Source: an uncultured Candidatus Saccharibacteria bacterium (lineage in GTDB: Bacteria > Patescibacteriota > Minisyncoccia > Phycocordibacterales > Phycocordibacteraceae). Taken from it: 64,000 nt of DNA. Where the stretch lies: positions 6,314 to 70,313 of the forward strand of contig CAZSKX010000001.1 of assembly GCA_964607655.1 (NCBI GenBank). Direction: 5' to 3'. Below are positions 58,379 to 64,000 of the stretch, in pieces. The notes under the pieces were generated by a model. It saw only the letters and a list, made by a program, of their open reading frames with translations. It was not told where the DNA came from and ran no database searches. Position numbers and translations under genes: made by a program. Each line of letters opens with the position of its first letter. Within the stretch, counting starts at the first letter, position 1.

Positions 58379-60068
58379 GGCGAATAGTACGGGAAATGAT
58401 GCAGTAGCAGAGATCAAAGAGCGACTTTCGATCGTCGACGTGGTGGGGCAGCATGTGAAGCTGACCAAAGCAGGGAAGTCGCTGACAGGGCTCTGTCCCT
58501 TTCATAAGGAGAAGACGCCGAGTTTTCATGTGAGCGTCGATCGTGGGACATACCATTGCTTTGGCTGTGGCGAAGGTGGCGATATTTTCGCGTTTATCGA
58601 GAAGGTTGAAGGAGTAGATTTTAAAACGGCGCTTAAGCAGCTTGCCGAGCGAGCGGGGGTCACGCTCGAGCAGTATCGTGGTGTTCCGGCCGAAGACACG
58701 TCAAAAAAAGATCGTCTGCGCGAAGCGATGGCGCGTGCTGCGCAGTTCTACACTAAGCAGCTCACGGGGAGCGAAGCCGAGAAATACGCCAAGTCTCGAG
58801 GACTTAGTGGTGAGACGATCAAGGGCTGGGGCATGGGCTATGCGCCTGAAGGGTGGCGAGGCCTGCTTGAGGCGCTTGCGAGCGAAGGCTTTAAGACCGA
58901 GGAGTTGCTCACGGCGGGATTGGTAAAGGAAGCCGACGGCAAGCCGGGCACGTACTACGATCGATTCCGCAACCGCCTGATGTTCCCGATCAGTGACGTG
59001 ACTGGTCGCGTCGTCGCGTTTACCGGCCGAGCTTTGTCTAAGGAGGAGCTGGCAAAATATTTAAATAGTCCTGAAACGCCGCTCTACCATAAGTCAGAGA
59101 TTTTGTTCGGCATGCATAAGGCTAAGGACGCGATACGGCTCCGCGGCTTCACGATACTCGTCGAGGGGCAGATGGATGCGCTTCTCGCGCATCAGGCTGG
59201 GTTTGAAAACGTCGTAGCGCTCTCGGGTACGGCGCTCACCGAGCGACACGTCGCGCTTATGAAGCGGTACAGTGAGAACCTTATGCTCGTGCTCGACGCT
59301 GACACGGCCGGTCTCTCGGCGACGGCGAAGTCGGCACATTTGGCGCTGCGCGAAGGACTGCGAGTGAAAGCGGTACGTCTCCCTAAGGGGCAGGACCCGG
59401 CAGATCTTATTCTTAGCGATCCAAAAGATTTTGCACTCCGGGTTAAAGAGGCTAAGCCAGTTGTGGATTTCTTCCTCGCGGTATTGGGTGAGAGTGAGAA
59501 GGATCCCCATCGTCTCCTACGAGTGGCGGAGCAGGTGGTCTTGCCGCTTATTGCCGCCGTGAAGAGCCCGATGGAGCGGGACCACTTTGTCCAATCAGCG
59601 GCGCGTACGCTCTCGCTCTCGACCGAGGCGGTGCGGGAGTCACTGGCGCGGTTGAAACAGGAGCCTCTTTCTGACGTCTCAGTGCAGAGGATTGGTCCAA
59701 AGGAGTCCGTGCGGTCATTGCGCACAGTTCGCGAAGAGCAACTCCTCGCCATCCTCAGGGTTTATCCGAATTCTTCACTTGCTAATCATGTAGAAACAGA
59801 GTATAGTCGCATTACTGGAGTCGCGGTGCCCTCGCTTGAGACTATTCCCGAATCCGCCCTATTTGTAGCGGAACAGACGTATGGGAGTGAGCCAAGTACA
59901 GAGGCAGCTCGCGAACTTCTTCACGCCTTTGAAATAGCGGTACTCCGCGAGGCGTATCAAGAAGCAGTAACAAACTTACGACAAGCAGAAGCAGCTGGGG
60001 AGGCGGCTGCCATTCAACACGCACAAGAGCGGTGTTCTGATTTAAGCAAACGACTCGCAATTCTATAA
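58377..60068 (+). CDS. dnaG: DNA primase
   Basis: Zinc-binding [13 protein letters not shown]...[11 protein letters not shown] and [14 protein letters not shown]. 564 aa. Confidence 0.9.
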   Translation: MANSTGNDAVAEIKERLSIVDVVGQHVKLTKAGKSLTGLCPFHKEKTPSFHVSVDRGTYHCFGCGEGGDIFAFIEKVEGVDFKTALKQLAERAGVTLEQYRGVPAEDTSKKDRLREAMARAAQFYTKQLTGSEAEKYAKSRGLSGETIKGWGMGYAPEGWRGLLEALASEGFKTEELLTAGLVKEADGKPGTYYDRFRNRLMFPISDVTGRVVAFTGRALSKEELAKYLNSPETPLYHKSEILFGMHKAKDAIRLRGFTILVEGQMDALLAHQAGFENVVALSGTALTERHVALMKRYSENLMLVLDADTAGLSATAKSAHLALREGLRVKAVRLPKGQDPADLILSDPKDFALRVKEAKPVVDFFLAVLGESEKDPHRLLRVAEQVVLPLIAAVKSPMERDHFVQSAARTLSLSTEAVRESLARLKQEPLSDVSVQRIGPKESVRSLRTVREEQLLAILRVYPNSSLANHVETEYSRITGVAVPSLETIPESALFVAEQTYGSEPSTEAARELLHAFEIAVLREAYQEAVTNLRQAEAAGEAAAIQHAQERCSDLSKRLAIL

Positions 60069-60084
60069 TCTATTTTTAATTCGC

Positions 60085-61314
60085 ATGGCTACTAAAAAGA
60101 CGAAGAAAAAGGCGCCGGTAAAAAAGGTGTCCAAGAAGCCTGTTAAAAAGGCCGTCAAGAAGACGGTGAAGAAGCCTGTGCGTAAGGCGAAGCCGACGAT
60201 GAAGAAGGTCGTTAAGGCCGCGGCCAATAACGCGAAAACAAAAGCATCGTCAGCCAAGGCGGTCACTGCTGAGACTCTTATTGAGAAGGGTAAGGAGCGC
60301 GGGTACGTTACCTACGCAGAGATTCTAAAATCTTTTCCTCACGTCGAGGAGGATGTGAACTTTCTTGAGTCGCTCTACGAACGTTTTGCGACCGCTGGCG
60401 TCGACGTGCTCGAGGGAGGCATGCTCGAGGACAATGCCGACGAGTACCTCGCGACGCGCAATATCAAGGATCGCCACTCGACGAGCTATGACTCGATTCA
60501 GATCTACCTTCGCGAGATCGGTCAGTATCCACTCCTGACCGCGAGCGAAGAGCGTGATCTCGCTAAGCGCATCGAGAAGGGAGACGGCGAAGCTCGCAAT
60601 ATTCTCGCACGCAGCAACCTGCGTCTCGTGGTGTCGATCGCTAAGAAATATGTCGGCCGCTCGGCAGACCTTACACTTCTTGACCTTATCCAGGAGGGTA
60701 ACTTAGGCCTCTTCCGCGCCGTTGACAAGTTTGACTGGAAGAAGGGCTACAAGTTTTCAACCTACGCGACCTGGTGGATCCGTCAGGCTATCACGCGTGC
60801 CTTGGCCGACCAGTCCCGTACGATCCGTATCCCGGTGCACATGGTCGAGACTATCGCTAAGTATAAGCAGGTCTCGCGCCGCCTCGCGCAGGCGCTGGGT
60901 CGTGACCCACAGCCCGAGGAGATCGCCGTTGAGATGGGTGTTGAGCCTGAGAAGATCTACCAGATCGAGAAGATTAATCAGGACACGCTCTCGCTGGAGA
61001 ACCCGGTTGGCAGTGATGACGACGAGAAGAGCACGCTCGGCGACTTTATCCCTGATGATAAGATCCCGTCGCCAGTACAGGAGTCTTCAGAGCGCATTCT
61101 TACCGAGCACGTGCGCTCGATCTTAAACGACCTCTCGAGCAAGGAGCGTAAGATCCTCGAAATGCGTCACGGCCTCGCCGACGGTATCTACCACACGCTC
61201 GAAGAAGTGGGGAAGGAGTTCGGCGTGACCCGCGAGCGTATCCGCCAGATCGAAGCCAAGGCGCTCGAGAAGATCCGTCTGCACGATAAGGCACGACACC
61301 TGAAGAGTTACTAA
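60085..61314 (+). CDS. rpoD: RNA polymerase sigma factor RpoD (primary sigma70) with a Lys-rich N-terminus
   Basis: Region 2.4 [15 protein letters not shown], region 4.2 [24 protein letters not shown]. Conserved dnaG–rpoD order. Confidence 0.9.
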   Translation: MATKKTKKKAPVKKVSKKPVKKAVKKTVKKPVRKAKPTMKKVVKAAANNAKTKASSAKAVTAETLIEKGKERGYVTYAEILKSFPHVEEDVNFLESLYERFATAGVDVLEGGMLEDNADEYLATRNIKDRHSTSYDSIQIYLREIGQYPLLTASEERDLAKRIEKGDGEARNILARSNLRLVVSIAKKYVGRSADLTLLDLIQEGNLGLFRAVDKFDWKKGYKFSTYATWWIRQAITRALADQSRTIRIPVHMVETIAKYKQVSRRLAQALGRDPQPEEIAVEMGVEPEKIYQIEKINQDTLSLENPVGSDDDEKSTLGDFIPDDKIPSPVQESSERILTEHVRSILNDLSSKERKILEMRHGLADGIYHTLEEVGKEFGVTRERIRQIEAKALEKIRLHDKARHLKSY

Positions 61315-61336
61315 AGATTCTATTTATAAAAAGAAA

Positions 61337-61375
61337 CAAGGTGCGGCGTTTCTACGCCGCACCTTGTGCTTTTGC
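61337..61375. terminator. Bidirectional terminator after rpoD
   Basis: CAAGGTGCGGCG-TTTCTA-CGCCGCACCTTG followed by TGCTTTTGCC. Confidence 0.7.
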
Positions 61376-61387
61376 CGTATCGGCGGG

Positions 61388-61663
61388 TTACGAAGACTTC
61401 TGCGTCGTCTGGCGGGCCGATGCAGGCTTGCGCTTTTTCTGTTTCGGCGGTCCGCAGAGGGGCTCGAAAAGAGCATCGATACCCTCATGAGCAGCTGCCT
61501 TGAGGTCCTCCCGCAGACTCTTCGGCGATTTGGCGACCTTGTCGATCGAAGTCAGCACCTTTTTGCGAAGCTTCGGATCGTCCTTGAGCGCCACCTCGAC
61601 CAGGGTTCTGCCAAGTCCCAGGATTCCTCCAAGGATCTTCTCGGCGTCGGTCTGTCCTTTCAT
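61388..61663 (-). CDS. Hypothetical small basic protein
   Basis: ~91 aa from the MKGQTDAEK ATG. Confidence 0.35.
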   Translation of the reverse strand: MKGQTDAEKILGGILGLGRTLVEVALKDDPKLRKKVLTSIDKVAKSPKSLREDLKAAAHEGIDALFEPLCGPPKQKKRKPASARQTTQKSS

Positions 61664-61747
61664 TCCTGTATCTCCCTGTGTGCTTGTACTTCCACGCACT
61701 CGTTCCGTGGTACTCCTACAATACGGTTCGTACGCAGGGTGTCAACC

Positions 61748-63097
61748 TTACGCGGGGAACTCGACGTAGAAGGTGCTGCCGGTTTCAAGCTCAGACTCTA
61801 CCCAGACCCGACCGCCGTAGAGCGTCGCAATCTGCTGCACGTAGCGGAGTCCCAGCCCTGACCCGTCGGTGGTAAAGGCACGAGCATTTTCAGCTCGATA
61901 ATATCCTTCGAAGATACGGTCGAGGTCTTCAGGGGGCACTCCGATACCCTGATCTTTGATCGAGAAGACGACCTTGCCGGGGCTCTGTGTAGCGGAGACA
62001 ATAATGCGACCGCCTGGTTTAGAATATTTAACCGCGTTTGAAATGAGGTTCGCGAACATGCGTTTGAAGCGGTGATCGTCACCGAGAATAGACACCTCGG
62101 AGCTCACTGAAGGGTCGATGGTGAAGTCGAGCGCCTTACTCTGGAACTCTGCTTCGAAGTGAGCCGCAGCTTCTTTGATGGGCTGTAAGGGCGAGAATCG
62201 TTTGGTGACAATAGAGCCGTGTGAAGCCTTGTCGAGAGCGTTGGTATCGAGGAAGTCACTCACGATGAGGGAGAGTTCGCGTGCTTGTTTCTCCACGAGG
62301 GTGATATCGCTCTTAATGCTATCGGAGAGGCCTGTCGGGTTTTTCAAAAGGCCGTCGGCGATCCAGGCGATGCTGTTAAGTGGCGTGCGTATTTCTTGAG
62401 AGATGATCGATACGAGCTCAGCCCTAAAGTCGAGGAACTTCTGTTCGCGCCGACGCAAGACGTACCCCACGAGAAGCATGATGATGATAAATATGGTCAT
62501 GCCGACCGGGAAGCTGGTATAGAAGTACACCGTGTTGAAGTATTCTGAGGCGTCCATGTCCATCCCCATCAGGGCGATGACGTTGCCGGTGGCTGGGTCG
62601 ACGAGAGGGATGATCGCAGTGAGCCATGTACCCCAACGATCCTGGTAGATCGGCTCGACACGCGGCGCGGTGTCATTCTGCGTGAAGGGATCGCGGAAGG
62701 CGCCTGAGCCCTCGTGGTAGACCTGGCCCGGAGGGGAAAGGTCAGGAGAGTCCTCAGGCTCAGAGTCTACGTAGAAGAAGGGCTCGCCGTCGCGATAGCC
62801 GGTGAAGTAGATAAAGCGGATGTCCGGACGAGCAGAACTTATCTTTATAAGTCGTGCCTTAAGGGCGTTGTAGGTGGGGTTAGCAAGGTCGGCTTCTGCT
62901 CCGGCGAGGTTTTGAAGTTGGCTCTGGTCGATGCTGTACGCTACAGCCGTGGCGTTTTCTAGAAGCGAGCGCTCGAGGGTGGTACCAGCGACCCGGTAGG
63001 TGTAATAGGTGGCCGCAGCACCAAAAACAAGTACCACGATAATCGCGACGGTGTAGTACCAGGAGGTATAGTCATGTCGCACTTTCTGCACTTCCAT
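61748..63097 (-). CDS. Sensor histidine kinase-like protein (N-terminal TM, extracytoplasmic domain, HisKA plus HATPase_c). The H-box reads SQEIRTPL, with Gln at the phosphoacceptor position. Orphan: no response regulator is adjacent.
   Basis: G-box DQGIGV, G2 GSGLGL, H-box-like ISQEIRTPLNSI. Start placed at the MEVQKV ATG; the ORF can extend to a TTG at 63151. Confidence 0.7.
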   Translation of the reverse strand: MEVQKVRHDYTSWYYTVAIIVVLVFGAAATYYTYRVAGTTLERSLLENATAVAYSIDQSQLQNLAGAEADLANPTYNALKARLIKISSARPDIRFIYFTGYRDGEPFFYVDSEPEDSPDLSPPGQVYHEGSGAFRDPFTQNDTAPRVEPIYQDRWGTWLTAIIPLVDPATGNVIALMGMDMDASEYFNTVYFYTSFPVGMTIFIIIMLLVGYVLRRREQKFLDFRAELVSIISQEIRTPLNSIAWIADGLLKNPTGLSDSIKSDITLVEKQARELSLIVSDFLDTNALDKASHGSIVTKRFSPLQPIKEAAAHFEAEFQSKALDFTIDPSVSSEVSILGDDHRFKRMFANLISNAVKYSKPGGRIIVSATQSPGKVVFSIKDQGIGVPPEDLDRIFEGYYRAENARAFTTDGSGLGLRYVQQIATLYGGRVWVESELETGSTFYVEFPA

Positions 63098-63140
63098 CTG
63101 GTCATAGTACCGCGTCTTCCTGGGTTTGTATCTTTTCTGA

Positions 63141-63980
63141 GTGACGTACAATGGGGATATGAAAGGCAGAAAAAAGCCGAAAAAGCCGCCTATTGCGCAC
63201 TGGAGCCACTCTTCGCTCGTCTCCTATCTACGGAATCCCCTGGCGTGGCATAAACGCTATGTGCGAAAGATCTACGACACGCCGTCGAGTCCGGCAGGGG
63301 TGATCGGGCGTGCGGGGCACAAAGCTCTCGAGCACTATTACAGCGGCGCGGCGAAGGAGGTGGCTATACGACTAGGTCTTGAGTATCTCCGGAGCGTCCC
63401 CGACTTCGAGATCAACTTTGGAAAGGCCAAGTCGAAGAAGGCCCAGAAGGTCAAGCGTCAGCTGATGGAGAAGGACTATCTTCAGGCGGTCGGCTTCTAT
63501 CTCGCTCGGGCTCCGCGACACAGGGTGATTGGTATAGAATCATCCGGCGTGGTTGAGGTGAGTGGACATGCGCTACCTCTCAAGGCGATTTCAGATCTGG
63601 TCGTTGAATCAAAAGTGTATCCCGGGTATGTCGACATCGTTGACCATAAGTTCGTGGATTCTTTTAGCAAGAGTAAGGAAGCTAAGCCGCTCTTCGCGAT
63701 CCAGGCAATTTTTAATTACTATGTGACCCGTGAGCTTTTCGGGCGACCGGTGGGTCGATTTATTGTGTATGAATGTAAGAAAAAGAAAAATGCGGATGGT
63801 TCTGGGCAGTTAAGACGGTATGTGCTCGACTTCAATCATATTCAAGATCATTTTGAAGTGTTCCGTCGGCTCATCAACGACGCAACGAAGGAGCTCATGA
63901 GCCGTGAGGTATTTCTTCCTAATCCTTCCGACATGTTTGAAGGAGAAGATTCCTTCGATATGTACCGACTGGGGCTCTAG
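63141..63980 (+). CDS. PD-(D/E)xK nuclease superfamily protein (RecB/Cas4-like without Fe-S cysteines)
   Basis: Motifs HWSHSSLVSYLRNPLAWHKRY, GHKALEHYY, SDLVVE...VDIVDHK and QAIFNYY. Divergent from the kinase gene. Confidence 0.5.
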   Translation: MTYNGDMKGRKKPKKPPIAHWSHSSLVSYLRNPLAWHKRYVRKIYDTPSSPAGVIGRAGHKALEHYYSGAAKEVAIRLGLEYLRSVPDFEINFGKAKSKKAQKVKRQLMEKDYLQAVGFYLARAPRHRVIGIESSGVVEVSGHALPLKAISDLVVESKVYPGYVDIVDHKFVDSFSKSKEAKPLFAIQAIFNYYVTRELFGRPVGRFIVYECKKKKNADGSGQLRRYVLDFNHIQDHFEVFRRLINDATKELMSREVFLPNPSDMFEGEDSFDMYRLGL

Positions 63981-64000
63981 GTAGGCCTACTTTCCGAGTG

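Noticed and set aside
63097-63159. The histidine kinase starting at the TTG at 63151 and overlapping the divergent nuclease gene.
   Set aside because: The in-frame ATG (MEVQKV, 63097) gives a conventional N-terminus just before the first TM helix and removes the overlap of the two start regions. The TTG start cannot be excluded.

Overview
This 64-kb window from a high-GC (~58%) bacterium is densely packed with conserved core genes, most of them notably short versions. The core genes include:
- ribosomal proteins L25, L31, S2, L32 and S16
- EF-Ts and RF1
- PheS/PheT, ThrRS and GyrB
- DnaE, RNase HII, RNase III and RNase R
- TrmD, RpoB/RpoC and DnaG–RpoD
RpoB is 1059 aa, PheT ~390 aa, the SMC-like protein 736 aa and ThrRS lacks the TGS domain. 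Together with the minimal metabolism this suggests a reduced, possibly CPR/Patescibacteria-like genome, but that is inference only. Positions 1557–7986 hold a compact sugar-phosphate cluster: GAPDH, RpiB, an Rpe-like gene, a split transketolase, a PfkB kinase and a class I FBA. Two surface-protein islands stand out. At 47–1516 and 10196–15457 there are tail-fibre-like secreted proteins and a 1461-aa CARDB-repeat giant protein. At 26831–32558 there is a CARDB protein, a sortase and a 1378-aa giant protein. The giant protein carries an N-terminal dockerin-like pair, Ig-like repeats, a perfect 393-bp tandem duplication, and an internal sorting-signal-like motif followed by a TM helix and a ~230-aa cytoplasmic tail. 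The most unusual non-coding structure is at 48350–49640. Three tandem cassettes each have a sigma70-like promoter, a conserved 5' leader with a covarying 7-bp hairpin, an unrelated small ORF and an intrinsic terminator. Other notable items are:
- a HicB–HicA toxin-antitoxin locus plus a coupled third gene, flanked by duplicated palindromic terminators, a 38-nt repeat and small membrane-protein genes
- a NusB–Nudix fusion
- a histidine kinase whose phosphoacceptor His is replaced by Gln
- a tRNA-Thr preceded by a 22-nt copy of its own 5' end
- many long perfect palindromic terminators between convergent genes
No CRISPR array, rRNA, transposase or integrase was seen.
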